Positions 8,342 through 17,537 of a stretch of 64,000 bases of DNA are shown piece after piece. Within the stretch, counting starts at the first letter, position 1; each line of letters starts with the position of its first letter. This stretch comes from a virus. The notes below the pieces were generated by a model that searched no databases, was not told the origin of the DNA, and was given only the letters and a program-made list of their open reading frames with translations. The stretch covers positions 22,174 through 86,173 of IMG/VR virus record IMGVR_UViG_3300027743_000025. One strand, 5' to 3'. The position numbers and the translations under genes are program-made.

Positions 8342-10129
8342 TTACTTGCAGTCTGCCCACGTTCGGCCGATCACTGGAGTTGCCGTGATGGAGACCCCGT
8401 ACTCCTCCTTGTCAACAACAGCGTTCATCACCTCGCGGATCGTGTCAACCGCCTCCACGACAGCCCACGCTGGCATCTCGAACAGCACTTCGTCGTGGAC
8501 CGGCAAGATCATCCATTGCTCCAGACCAGCTTGTTGCAATCCAATCAACGCCATCTTCAGGATCTCCGCCGCATGGCCCTGCGTGGCCCAGTTGGGGAGC
8601 TTGCGGATCTCCTGCCGCCGCTTGAGCTTGAAGCGCCGGCCCGTAGGGGTGGTCACGTAGAAGCCCTCAGGGTTGAGCTTGTTGATCATTCCGGAGCCTG
8701 CCGACGCCACCGAGCGGTAGCGCGCCTGTAACGCCTTGAGGACCTTCACCGCCTGGTAGACATCCACCCGAGCAGTGGCCGCGATCGTCTCGACACCGCC
8801 GCTGTAGAGAGTCGCGTACATGGTTGACTTCAGGATCTGCCGCCGCTTGTCTGACTTCTGGAAGTTCGGCTCCTTGTAGAGGTCCCGCCCGAGCATCACA
8901 AAGAAGTCTTCGCCCTGCTCGTCCGCCAGCCGGAGCGTCTCCTTGAGCGCGTCGTCAAAGTTCAGGAAGGCCCACGTGCGCAGCTCGATCTGGCCGTAGT
9001 CCGCCGAGACGATCACGTGCCCATCTCGGGCCTCCACCGCCTTACGGACCGTCAGGTCCCCAGCAGGGAGCTGCTGCAACGGGGGGTCAGCTACCGACAT
9101 ACGGGTGGTCCGCGCCTGGCACGGGTTGATCTGCGGGTGGATGCGGGCCGTCTCATCCAGTTGGTACCCAGAGGCTTCCGACATAGCAGCCAGATAATTG
9201 ACCCGCGTCCGGTGCACATCTCTGTACTCCAATACAAGATCAGCAATCGGGTGGTCGATCGCTCCTAGTGCGTCCTTGTCAACCGACAGCTGGCCGCCTG
9301 CCGTCTTCCGCGCGCCGGGCGGCATGACTCCCGCCAGCTGGAGCGCTTTAGCTACGCTCGCGGGTGCAGACGGGGTGATGCTGTATTCCGACTGGAGCCG
9401 GGCAGCAATCATCTTCTCCCGCTCCACCAAGAGATCAGCCTGGTTGGCCAGGTACAGCCCGTTGACGGGTAGGCCGTTGCGCGCCATGGCCGTGCAGATG
9501 CTCGCTGTAGCAACCTCCGTCGAGTGGCATCCCTGCCACTTCACATTGCGCCGCCGAGCTTCGTACGTGTCCCACAGCGCCGCCGTGAGGCACGTGTCTA
9601 GCACCCCGTAGCCCACGTAGGGCCGCCAGTCCAGCGGGACAGTGGCCCAGGTCCAGCCGTTCTGCGCCATGCCCGCCTTGAGCCGCTCCTCGCCCGAGCC
9701 CGCCCACGGCCCGAACTCCCGCACCGCCAGCGGCTTCAACCGGCGGGTGTCATCAGACCAGTTGTCCAGGCCGGCCCAGATCATGCCGTCCTCCAGATGC
9801 TCGATCGGCATCCGGTATCCCATCTCCCAGATGGCCCAGTAGTCGTACGGGAGATTCCACCAGACCTGTTTGACGCCGGCCCGGTCACACCACTTCAACG
9901 CCTCCAGCGCGAGCCCCCGCCAGTCATCCCAAGGCACTGACCAGCCGCCGTCCGTGTCTCCAAACTGGAGAGTCCGAACACGGAAATCCGGGCGCCACTG
10001 CTGGAGCCCGGTGCCCTCCGTGTCAACCCCGACCCGAGTACGGCCGGGACGTGTCAACCAAGCCCAGAACTCAGTCACGTCCGACACGTCGGAGACCATC
10101 TGGAAAGTCAGGTTGAACGGGTCGATCAC
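8342..10129 (-). CDS. DNA polymerase family A with 3'-5' exonuclease
   Basis: DTEGTG (ExoI), TTRMS, ADYGQIELR (motif A), RQILKSTMYATLY (motif B), VHDE (motif C). Confidence 0.95.
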   Translation of the reverse strand: MIDPFNLTFQMVSDVSDVTEFWAWLTRPGRTRVGVDTEGTGLQQWRPDFRVRTLQFGDTDGGWSVPWDDWRGLALEALKWCDRAGVKQVWWNLPYDYWAIWEMGYRMPIEHLEDGMIWAGLDNWSDDTRRLKPLAVREFGPWAGSGEERLKAGMAQNGWTWATVPLDWRPYVGYGVLDTCLTAALWDTYEARRRNVKWQGCHSTEVATASICTAMARNGLPVNGLYLANQADLLVEREKMIAARLQSEYSITPSAPASVAKALQLAGVMPPGARKTAGGQLSVDKDALGAIDHPIADLVLEYRDVHRTRVNYLAAMSEASGYQLDETARIHPQINPCQARTTRMSVADPPLQQLPAGDLTVRKAVEARDGHVIVSADYGQIELRTWAFLNFDDALKETLRLADEQGEDFFVMLGRDLYKEPNFQKSDKRRQILKSTMYATLYSGGVETIAATARVDVYQAVKVLKALQARYRSVASAGSGMINKLNPEGFYVTTPTGRRFKLKRRQEIRKLPNWATQGHAAEILKMALIGLQQAGLEQWMILPVHDEVLFEMPAWAVVEAVDTIREVMNAVVDKEEYGVSITATPVIGRTWADCK

Positions 10130-10305
10130 TGGAAGCGCCGCTTCCGGATCTCGATCGTGGCATCCTCCAGCTGCTGCCAGGCCGCGTCCACGGTGTGCGG
10201 CAGATCCTTGCCCTGAAGGAGCGAGAACAGCTGAGTGGCTTCCGTACGGGTAAGCCCAGCCACTTGAGCGTAGGTAGCAAACAGCATCGAAACTATGGCA
10301 TCCAC
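10126..10305 (-). CDS. hypothetical 59-aa protein (not in ORF track)
   Basis: AGGAG RBS, GTG start, MDAIVSMLFATY...IRKRRFQ; GTGA overlap with the polymerase start. Confidence 0.65.
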   Translation of the reverse strand: MDAIVSMLFATYAQVAGLTRTEATQLFSLLQGKDLPHTVDAAWQQLEDATIEIRKRRFQ

Positions 10306-10324
10306 GTGGTGTGCTCCTAAAGAT

Positions 10325-10352
10325 CGGGCCGGTAGCTCACGCTACCGGCCCG
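10325..10352 (-). terminator. hairpin / terminator after SSB
   Basis: Perfect 12-bp stem CGGGCCGGTAGC-TCAC-GCTACCGGCCCG. Confidence 0.65.
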
Positions 10353-10367
10353 TACTGGTTGTTGGTG

Positions 10368-10943
10368 TCAGGACCAGTCATCATCTTTGGTCGGGGGGTT
10401 GACAGCGCCGGTCATGGTGAGACCCTCGCCGCCAAGTTCAATGTCGTCGTCTTCCAAGCTGATCTCCTGCTCTCCATCACCGAGGGTGCTGGCCCCGGAG
10501 TAGTCGCCGGATGAGATAGCTGAGTCAACCCCGAGATTCTTGCGGAACCGAACCCGGTTCCGAGGCTGCCCCAGGTACTCGTCCTCATCCAGCCCGACCA
10601 GGATCTTCTGGCCGAGCATGTGCGCCGCGATCTGGTCGGCCGTAGGCCGCTCAGACTTGATCCACTCCTGCGAGGCGCCCATAGCCTTGAGCCCCTGAGC
10701 GAAGATCCGCGCAGCCACCGAGTTTTCCGGCGACCACGTGAGCTGCTCAGAAACCTGCCGGCCCTGCTGTGGACCGTTCATGGCCTCCAGTACGACTTTG
10801 AAGCACTGCTTGCCACCCTGCGTAATGGCCGCCGTGGATTTAACCACGACCATCTCATACTCCCCTTTGGGGAGCGGCTTGCCTTCCAGCTCCTCCCCGA
10901 ACGCCTCGAACTCGTCCGCGAAACTGAACTCACCGTCAGACAT
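10368..10943 (-). CDS. DUF669-type single-stranded DNA-binding protein
   Basis: PLPKGEY...G...EYLGQPRNRV with acidic tail; follows the AAA_24 gene. Confidence 0.8.
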   Translation of the reverse strand: MSDGEFSFADEFEAFGEELEGKPLPKGEYEMVVVKSTAAITQGGKQCFKVVLEAMNGPQQGRQVSEQLTWSPENSVAARIFAQGLKAMGASQEWIKSERPTADQIAAHMLGQKILVGLDEDEYLGQPRNRVRFRKNLGVDSAISSGDYSGASTLGDGEQEISLEDDDIELGGEGLTMTGAVNPPTKDDDWS

Positions 10944-11778
10944 CTTCCTCCTTCCCTTCTCCCGTGCTGGCCGACGCATCTCCGATGGTTGACACGACGG
11001 CCGGCTCCGCCATCAGCGGACCGCCATCCTTGAACACCAGCTTGATCAGTTTGGAGAACGTGGTATTCCTCGCCGCGATCTCCGCCGTAGTCGAGCCGGT
11101 CACTTGCGGCAGGGTAACGATGGCCGGTATCCGACCGCCCACCCGCTCGCCCGCCTCTATCCGGCCAGGAAGGCGCCGCGTGCGAAGCTTACGCACTTCC
11201 TGCCCAGTCTTGTTGTCCGCCTCCACAAACAGATACGCCGTGACATCCATCAGGTACGGCACCACGGTGTTGAGCTGTCCCTGCAAGTGTGGCCGGAGCA
11301 TACCGTCTCCGGTTTCCTTCGTCATGGCCGTGACGACCACAGCCTCCAGCGGGTGGTTGGCATGGAACGTCAGGTCCCGAAGGTCCCGCATGAACCCGCC
11401 GACAATTCGCAGTACAGAACCCCAGTCCTGAAGCTTGACCTGGTTACGCCCGGCCACGTCCTCGATATAGCGGTACTGAAGTTCAGAGATACTGTCAACC
11501 GACGCCGACCGGAACGGGTGCTTCCCGCCGTGCAGCCAGTCAAACGCCCGCTGCGCATCCTGCCACTCCCGCACCGAGACCACGGCCGTATCCCAGTCAG
11601 CTGTCTTAGACCAGGATGGAGGGGGATCCCGTGGATCCCAGTGGACCCCCCTGATAGGCAGGAACCGCGCCGCGCTCTCTACATCGAAGTAGACACGGGG
11701 TGCCGGAGTGCTGGCAGCCAGTAGGCTCTTGCCCACTTTGGACATACCATGCACCAGCATGGAGAGCGCCGGCTCCAT
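10936..11778 (-). CDS. AAA_24 / Sak4-like ATPase (recombinase)
   Basis: HGMSKVGKS, FDVE, VDSISE, DWG motifs. Confidence 0.85.
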   Translation of the reverse strand: MEPALSMLVHGMSKVGKSLLAASTPAPRVYFDVESAARFLPIRGVHWDPRDPPPSWSKTADWDTAVVSVREWQDAQRAFDWLHGGKHPFRSASVDSISELQYRYIEDVAGRNQVKLQDWGSVLRIVGGFMRDLRDLTFHANHPLEAVVVTAMTKETGDGMLRPHLQGQLNTVVPYLMDVTAYLFVEADNKTGQEVRKLRTRRLPGRIEAGERVGGRIPAIVTLPQVTGSTTAEIAARNTTFSKLIKLVFKDGGPLMAEPAVVSTIGDASASTGEGKEEDV

Positions 11779-12443
11779 CAGGCCCTCGCAGGAGCCTGCT
11801 GCTGCATGTAGCCGTTAGGGGTATTACCCCCGTTAGGGCCGAACCACTGCTGAGGGGTAAAGACATCATCATTAGGGTAGGGAGGCTGCGACGGCTGCTG
11901 CGCCTGCTCAGCCTGGTTGACCTCAGCCTGCGTCTGCCACTGGCCGTTAGGCCAGCGGGTGAGCATCTCGGCCCGGGACTCCGAGCTGACCCGGTTGGTG
12001 TAGTTGACCAGCTCCTCAGCCGACGCACGATCCTGCGTGCGCATGTCAACCACGTTGCCGCCGTTGAAGATCCGAACGCCGTACTCCGGCTCCGGCGCCG
12101 GCTCCGGCGGGGGCTCCGAGTAGCCGATGCCCTCCGGGACAGCCAGCCGCTGCCGGAAGCTGTGAAGGTTGACATCGGTCCGCGCCCACCGACCACGGTG
12201 GACAAAGATCCAGACATCCCCACAGCGCAGGCAGGCCCACATGATGCCGGGGTGCCAGTTGTCCGCCGAGGGGCGGATGCACTCGTGCTGACCTTCTGCT
12301 GTCATGTTGCTACGGACCTCTCTTATAGCATCGACGACCTCAGGCTCGGGGACCGTCGACCGCTGGCTGGTGGGCCACATTCTCCAACCGGTCATAACTA
12401 CGATTACCTCTCTACTATCTACAAACACGGTCACCCTAACCAC
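11778..12443 (-). CDS. hypothetical protein with Cys/His cluster and Q/P-rich tail
   Basis: HEC...WACLRC; start uncertain. Confidence 0.6.
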   Translation of the reverse strand: MVRVTVFVDSREVIVVMTGWRMWPTSQRSTVPEPEVVDAIREVRSNMTAEGQHECIRPSADNWHPGIMWACLRCGDVWIFVHRGRWARTDVNLHSFRQRLAVPEGIGYSEPPPEPAPEPEYGVRIFNGGNVVDMRTQDRASAEELVNYTNRVSSESRAEMLTRWPNGQWQTQAEVNQAEQAQQPSQPPYPNDDVFTPQQWFGPNGGNTPNGYMQQQAPARA

Positions 12444-12604
12444 TTGTGTAGGGCCACGATCTCAGCACATGGCCAGCGCTGGCTGCAAGAGTTACACAAG
12501 CGGCCCCCATACATCCCTGCTGTGTGCTCTGACAAGATGACCTCCACCAAGGCATGAAGGTGATCATCAGTGATCAGTAGCGCCTTGTCCCTCAGACTTT
12601 CCAT
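12431..12604 (-). CDS. hypothetical small Zn-binding protein
   Basis: H...CNSC...WPC motif typical of actinophage small proteins. Confidence 0.6.
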   Translation of the reverse strand: MESLRDKALLITDDHLHALVEVILSEHTAGMYGGRLCNSCSQRWPCAEIVALHKWLG

Positions 12605-12626
12605 GTTCACCAGGAGTTTGCCCACG

Positions 12627-13553
12627 CTACACCGCCTCCCGGTCATCGGTATAGCGCTCGAACGGATCGCCGACCACGTATAGATCCTCCAGCATATTCT
12701 CCGCCGCTGCCTTGCCGGTGGCCTGGTATTCAGCGCACGGGAGTTTGAACGGGCACGTAGCGCACTGCCACGACGGGTGGAACGGTGTGGCAATGCGATG
12801 GTCCATCCCCGAGTCAAGATCGCGCTTGGCCCGGATCATGTTGTTCAGAATGCCGATCAACCGGAACCGGTACGCCATCAGGTCCATGTGACTGATCGGG
12901 ATCACCAGCCGCTTGTAGAACGGTGGTTTGGCCGCCGCCGTGCGGAGCACCTTGCGCAACAGCGTGTAGACGATGCCGGCCACCCAGGGATCGTTGCGAT
13001 CTGAGCTGGCCTCCAGCAGCATGTAGAGCCGGCCCTGCGGGGACATCTCCAGACCCAGGATCGTAGGTTCCCCGAAGTTGCCCACTGTCTTGTAGTCGTT
13101 GATGAAGATCGCCCCATCCGAGAGCCGCCGCGAACGCCGGTCCAGCTTGCCCCGGACCAGGATGTCAACCACTACCCCGTCGACCTCCAGCGTGACCACT
13201 TCCTTGAGCTGCGCTTCAATCCCCAGCGTCTCCCAATCGGCAGCCTCGCTGGTTGACCACTCCGCATAGCCCTCCAGCATCGCGCGGCCGAGCTTGTTCT
13301 CCTTGTCCAGTCCGTCCGTGAACCCGCCGGCAGCCTTCTCATACTCGTACATCATCAGGGTATCCCAGATGATCTTGATATCGGTACGACCCTCATCCTC
13401 CTCCCACAGCTCCAGCGCGGTGTGGATCCGCGCGCCGAACGGAAGCGGCCCCACGGGAGGCTCATCCCTGCGCCTGAGCCGCCGATAGGTACCGAAGTAC
13501 CACGAGCGCGGACAGCTCATGAAGCGCTGCATGTCCGAGTAGCTGGTCTGCAT
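12627..13553 (-). CDS. Cas4-like / PD-(D/E)XK exonuclease
   Basis: SYS...CPRSW, GARIH, GKLD, DYKT, CATCPFKLPC. Confidence 0.9.
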   Translation of the reverse strand: MQTSYSDMQRFMSCPRSWYFGTYRRLRRRDEPPVGPLPFGARIHTALELWEEDEGRTDIKIIWDTLMMYEYEKAAGGFTDGLDKENKLGRAMLEGYAEWSTSEAADWETLGIEAQLKEVVTLEVDGVVVDILVRGKLDRRSRRLSDGAIFINDYKTVGNFGEPTILGLEMSPQGRLYMLLEASSDRNDPWVAGIVYTLLRKVLRTAAAKPPFYKRLVIPISHMDLMAYRFRLIGILNNMIRAKRDLDSGMDHRIATPFHPSWQCATCPFKLPCAEYQATGKAAAENMLEDLYVVGDPFERYTDDREAV

Positions 13554-13599
13554 AGTTGCGTATACTATGGTTGACTACCAGACCACACAAGGGGTAAAC

Positions 13600-14346
13600 A
13601 TGACCTTCACCCACAGAGACCTACGAAAGTTCAACTCCGACGCCAGGAAGCTGATCCTGAAAGTGCAAGAAGCCGGCTGGCACGGGGACCGGATAGCCCG
13701 TCACGGGGCCGTGTTGCTAGCACCAGACGATCAGCCGTTCCGGATCTGCGTACCAAGGAATGTGAACGGCCGGCTGCTCAACAACACGATGGCCCCGTTC
13801 AAGCGCTGGATGATCCAGCAAGGCCCGTCTTTCGCCACCACCACCGAAGAGGTTCAGCAGATGCCAGCGTGTGCCGAGTGCGGCAAAGTTTTCGAGCGTA
13901 AGCAGCAGGTCACAGTCCACCACGCGATGGTCCACGACCTGAAGCAGTGCCCAAACTGTGAGCGGAAGATGAACGCCAGCAACCTGGCCCGTCACATCGC
14001 CTCTGCGCACAAGCCGTTCCCTGAGCCCGAGACGGCTCCGGTTGACATGGAAGCGCCCCTCACGCTGGCCGGGATCGAACTGAACATCCCATCGGCTAAC
14101 CCGGGGCTGATGGAGTACTTCCGGGAGCCGCCGCTGGTGGAGCACACCCCCGAGCAGCCGTCTGAGCAGCTGACCGCCATCCGCGCGATCCTCATCCCCA
14201 GCATGGAACGGGAAGCGAAACGGAACCGAGCCCGCATAGCCGAGCTGGAGCGGATGATCGTTGACCAGCAAGAGGTACACCGCAAGGAGATGGAAGAGTG
14301 CTCCGCCAAGCTGGATCTGATCCGGGGTCTAGTTGACAACCGTTGA
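13600..14346 (+). CDS. HicA-like N-terminus + two C2H2 zinc fingers + coiled coil
   Basis: CAEC-x12-H...H and CPNC...HIASAH; start 13600 or 13567. Confidence 0.7.
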   Translation: MTFTHRDLRKFNSDARKLILKVQEAGWHGDRIARHGAVLLAPDDQPFRICVPRNVNGRLLNNTMAPFKRWMIQQGPSFATTTEEVQQMPACAECGKVFERKQQVTVHHAMVHDLKQCPNCERKMNASNLARHIASAHKPFPEPETAPVDMEAPLTLAGIELNIPSANPGLMEYFREPPLVEHTPEQPSEQLTAIRAILIPSMEREAKRNRARIAELERMIVDQQEVHRKEMEECSAKLDLIRGLVDNR

Positions 14347-14361
14347 CCGTTGGTGTAGAGT
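14331..14361 (+). promoter_or_regulatory. sigmaA-type promoter with tandem boxes
   Basis: TTGACA(14333)-17-TAGAGT(14356); GTTGACC at 14342. Confidence 0.8.
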
Positions 14362-14395
14362 CGTTCCTATACAGCGAGTCAACTAAGGGGTCGGT

Positions 14396-14968
14396 ATGTG
14401 GATCGTAGGACAGTATGGCTTTATCTCCCTGGTGCAGCACAAGAACGACCCAGGGATCATGCAAGTCCGCGCACGGGTGCGGGAAGACATCCTCATGTAC
14501 TTCCCCGGATATGAGATCGACATGATCATCGGGGCCGACTACCTTTACCGCACGAACGTCCCGCGTGAGATCGTGGCCGAGACCATCGCTGCCGAGATCA
14601 TGGGATACAGCGTGACCAGCCACGTCAAGGATGAGGCTATCCGGGCTTCCCAGCCGAACGCCTACCGGCAGACCGCCTACTACGCCTGCTGGAGAGCCCT
14701 CTCGGACATGCAGCCATACGCACCATACTCCCGGCTGCCGCGCGCTGAAGAGAAGCGCCTGCTCAATCGGCGGGTAGGAGTGCAGCAGCCGCTGAACTGG
14801 TGGGATGACGCCATGCTCCCGTTCGAGAAGGATGTGATGAACCCAGCGTGGGACGGTCCGACGCAGGACATCCCCGAGCTGGAGGAAGACGATAAGCAGC
14901 CCCGGGACAAGCACGGCCGGTTCGCCTCGAAGCACCGCAAGACCAAGAAGGGTAAGACCAATGGATAA
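14396..14968 (+). CDS. conserved phage hypothetical (MWI..GF.S.V..VRAR..DY.YR family)
   Basis: Recognisable N-terminal pattern; C-terminal PRDKHGRF motif. Confidence 0.8.
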   Translation: MWIVGQYGFISLVQHKNDPGIMQVRARVREDILMYFPGYEIDMIIGADYLYRTNVPREIVAETIAAEIMGYSVTSHVKDEAIRASQPNAYRQTAYYACWRALSDMQPYAPYSRLPRAEEKRLLNRRVGVQQPLNWWDDAMLPFEKDVMNPAWDGPTQDIPELEEDDKQPRDKHGRFASKHRKTKKGKTNG

Positions 14969-15347
14969 CGGGTATCCGCCGCTCCCGCACGACGACCGGG
15001 AGGAGAAGCTGCCCGCGTGGGCGCAGAAGCAGATGGGCGAGCTACGCCGCCGGACCAAGGCCGCTGAGGACGCCGTATTCAACGCCGCGAACGGGGAGAA
15101 GCTGGAGGAGTCGGATACGATCTTCCGGCCCTACGGGGACATCCCTAAGGGTTTGGGTGTGGGCCAGACAGTGCGATTCAAGCTGACTGGTGGGGAAGCC
15201 CAGCCGAAGTTCAGCAGTGACTACATAGATATTCGGGTGATGGGCGGCAACGGCCATGCCGTACAGATCATGGGCGGCCGAGCTGTTGTCCTACACCCAC
15301 AATCGTCTAATGTGGTCAACGTCCGTATGGCCCCGCCTTACCTGTAG
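14961..15347 (+). CDS. hypothetical protein (LPxWAQ family)
   Basis: KLPAWAQ motif; coupled ORF. Confidence 0.75.
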   Translation: MDNGYPPLPHDDREEKLPAWAQKQMGELRRRTKAAEDAVFNAANGEKLEESDTIFRPYGDIPKGLGVGQTVRFKLTGGEAQPKFSSDYIDIRVMGGNGHAVQIMGGRAVVLHPQSSNVVNVRMAPPYL

Positions 15348-15361
15348 GAAGGAGCAGCACC

Positions 15362-15901
15362 ATGAGCGGTAAGACCAAGATCTCGATCGCTGTCCTGTGG
15401 TTCATGGTGCTGCTCTCTGTGATCTGGCTGTTCGTGCCGAGCGTGTCAACCAAGGGCATCGGGGTGTTCCGGTGGTTCAACCCGGAGAAGGTCTACATCA
15501 GCGTAGATCCGAGTCTCAGCGAGGTAGTCTGGCCGGTGGCCGAGGCAGCCAAGTTCGTCGACCAGTACACCGCCAGCAAGATGGTGTTTGGTAACTGCCG
15601 TAAGGGCAGCCGGTGCATCACGATGCGAGAAAACCCGAAGCTGCCTATCACCGTCGCTGGCCGCGCTAGCTGGACTAGAGAACGTTTGACTGTACGAGTT
15701 GAGTTCAACTCTTCGTATGCAGACAAGCCCCATGATGCGCTGCTGCGCCTGGTGATCCATGAGTTGGGGCACACGTTCGGGATCCATGGCCATAACCCCG
15801 AGTGCACGTCCGTGATGTTCGCCTACCTCACGTGTGGGCGAGGCGTGCCACCGCCCCAGAGCTTCACCGCCGAAGAGATCAAAACCCTAGAGAGGCACTA
15901 G
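15362..15901 (+). CDS. membrane-anchored zinc metallopeptidase (metzincin-like)
   Basis: N-terminal TM helix; HELGHTFGIHGH and Met-turn SVM. Confidence 0.8.
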   Translation: MSGKTKISIAVLWFMVLLSVIWLFVPSVSTKGIGVFRWFNPEKVYISVDPSLSEVVWPVAEAAKFVDQYTASKMVFGNCRKGSRCITMRENPKLPITVAGRASWTRERLTVRVEFNSSYADKPHDALLRLVIHELGHTFGIHGHNPECTSVMFAYLTCGRGVPPPQSFTAEEIKTLERH

Positions 15902-15903
15902 GA

Positions 15904-16236
15904 ATGGTTGCCCGCATGGACCCCAGGATCGTGGCCGAGATCCTGACACTGCATGACAAGGTGCGCCGGAGCTATGCTCGCCACCTGCACTGGCAGTTGA
16001 CATGCGTGGCCTACCACATCAACCCCGAGATCTTCCCGCTTCCCCAGGAGCGCAAGAAGCCCGCGCTGGCACACCGAACTAATATGTACTTGATGGCCGT
16101 CCGATTGACCAAGCTGCTCCACTTGCCGTTGCCTGTCTCGGCTTCGCTGTATGAGATCGGCAAGCTGTTGCTGACCGTGGAGACCAAGCTGCTTAACATC
16201 CCGGAAGCTGACCCTGAGGAGATCGACTTTGTTTAG
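15904..16236 (+). CDS. hypothetical protein
   Basis: Operonic ORF. Confidence 0.65.
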   Translation: MVARMDPRIVAEILTLHDKVRRSYARHLHWQLTCVAYHINPEIFPLPQERKKPALAHRTNMYLMAVRLTKLLHLPLPVSASLYEIGKLLLTVETKLLNIPEADPEEIDFV

Positions 16237-16678
16237 GATGGGCGAGAAGATCTACAAGAAGGGCGAGTCCTTTGAGACCGCCAAAGCATTTGACCGCCAT
16301 GTCCTGTGGGCTAACGATGACACGGTCTTCTACGCTTACGCCGCCGGGGACAAAGGTATTGGGTACGCATCTAGTTCTCCGGAGGACTTCGTGATTCTGC
16401 CCCAGCCCCAGCGACCCGGCCTGAAGGTGGGCGACATTGCCAAGCTGCGCCACTCCAACGGTAAGGCTAGGTTCACGATCAAGTTCATCATCGATAATGA
16501 TGCTCTGGTCAAGGGGGACGACGGCACTGTCAAGATCATTGGGCTGGATAGTCTAGAGCCGGTCAACTGGAATATCACCAGGATCGACTGGACCGATGAC
16601 ACTACGTGGGTTGTCACGATCACCGGCACCGGCAAGATTCCGGACTGGGTGGGCGACACGGACCACCCGCTCTCTTAG
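16229..16678 (+). CDS. hypothetical protein (SH3/KOW-like segment LKVGD)
   Basis: Operonic ORF. Confidence 0.65.
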   Translation: MFRMGEKIYKKGESFETAKAFDRHVLWANDDTVFYAYAAGDKGIGYASSSPEDFVILPQPQRPGLKVGDIAKLRHSNGKARFTIKFIIDNDALVKGDDGTVKIIGLDSLEPVNWNITRIDWTDDTTWVVTITGTGKIPDWVGDTDHPLS

Positions 16679-16682
16679 AGGA

Positions 16683-16711
16683 TTGTCAACCACTAAACCG
16701 CCCACTAGTCT
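16683..16711 (+). promoter_or_regulatory. promoter using the inverted box as -35
   Basis: TTGTCA(16683)-17-TAGTCT(16706)-6-ATG 16718. Confidence 0.65.
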
Positions 16712-16717
16712 CCAACC

Positions 16718-16948
16718 ATGAACCTAGGGGACGTGTGGAACGCACTGCTCACAGCGGTTGAAGTTCTCGTTGTGGCCTGCGTACTCGTGCTTGGCGTGAT
16801 GATCCTAAGAAACGCCGCCGTGGCCTCCCGGACCTGTAGACAGATGATCTGGGCACCCAGCCGGCACAACCACAGATGCTCCGTAGCGCGCTATACGGAA
16901 CACGCCGCCCACCGATGCAAGTGTGGGTACTTATGGGAAAACTACTAG
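16718..16948 (+). CDS. small membrane protein with Cys/His tail
   Basis: One TM helix; HRC...HRCKCG. Confidence 0.65.
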   Translation: MNLGDVWNALLTAVEVLVVACVLVLGVMILRNAAVASRTCRQMIWAPSRHNHRCSVARYTEHAAHRCKCGYLWENY

Positions 16949-16955
16949 CCTGCCT

Positions 16956-16985
16956 GTTGTCATTCGTTGATAAGCCTGCTAAGAT
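16956..16985 (+). promoter_or_regulatory. promoter with tandem boxes
   Basis: TTGTCA(16957)-17-TAAGAT(16980); GTTGATA at 16966. Confidence 0.65.
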
Positions 16986-17019
16986 GGAGACATCAGCCAC
17001 CAAGCAGGAAGGCACCGAG

Positions 17020-17157
17020 ATGATCGTCTGGACTCCAGAAACCGGGAGCACCTACGGCCACGACCAGAACCCCGTCGTCTTCGCCGTACAGAGCTACCAC
17101 ATGTGGATCAAGAAGATCGTCCGGGACATCCGGTACCCGGAAGGACCACCACAGTGA
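17020..17157 (+). CDS. hypothetical 45-aa protein
   Basis: GGAAGG RBS; GTGA coupling to next gene. Confidence 0.55.
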   Translation: MIVWTPETGSTYGHDQNPVVFAVQSYHMWIKKIVRDIRYPEGPPQ

Positions 17158-17537
17158 GCTACACCGTCTTCGTAGACCACCCCGAGAGCGCAGCCATGCG
17201 CGAGGAGAACTGGACCGCTTGGAGCTTCTGGTCCGAGCAGAATGCTCCGTGGATCGGCCTTGGAGTCCAGGAAATGGCCGGCGTGCTGGAGCAGCTGGCC
17301 GACCAGCCCACGGGCAATGACATCCCAGCTGTGCTGAACAGCGGCGGGCACTTAACCCCTGACCAGGCTTTGTCGCTCAGACTGTTCCTGGCCCTGAACC
17401 CGAACATCCCGGTGCGCTTCGCACACGTGCTGACGTTCGCAGCCAACTATGGGCACGGGCTCCGGGTAGAGCTGTCACCTCAGGCTCCGATGACAGCCGT
17501 AACGTACTTGGCCAACAAGGGATCCGCCCGCAACTGA
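17154..17537 (+). CDS. hypothetical protein
   Basis: GTG overlapping the upstream stop. Confidence 0.6.
   Translation: MSYTVFVDHPESAAMREENWTAWSFWSEQNAPWIGLGVQEMAGVLEQLADQPTGNDIPAVLNSGGHLTPDQALSLRLFLALNPNIPVRFAHVLTFAANYGHGLRVELSPQAPMTAVTYLANKGSARN

Noticed and set aside
12627-13553. CRISPR-Cas system suggested by the Cas4-like gene
   Set aside because: No repeat-spacer array or other cas genes; stand-alone Cas4-like exonucleases next to AAA_24 and SSB genes are ordinary phage recombination modules
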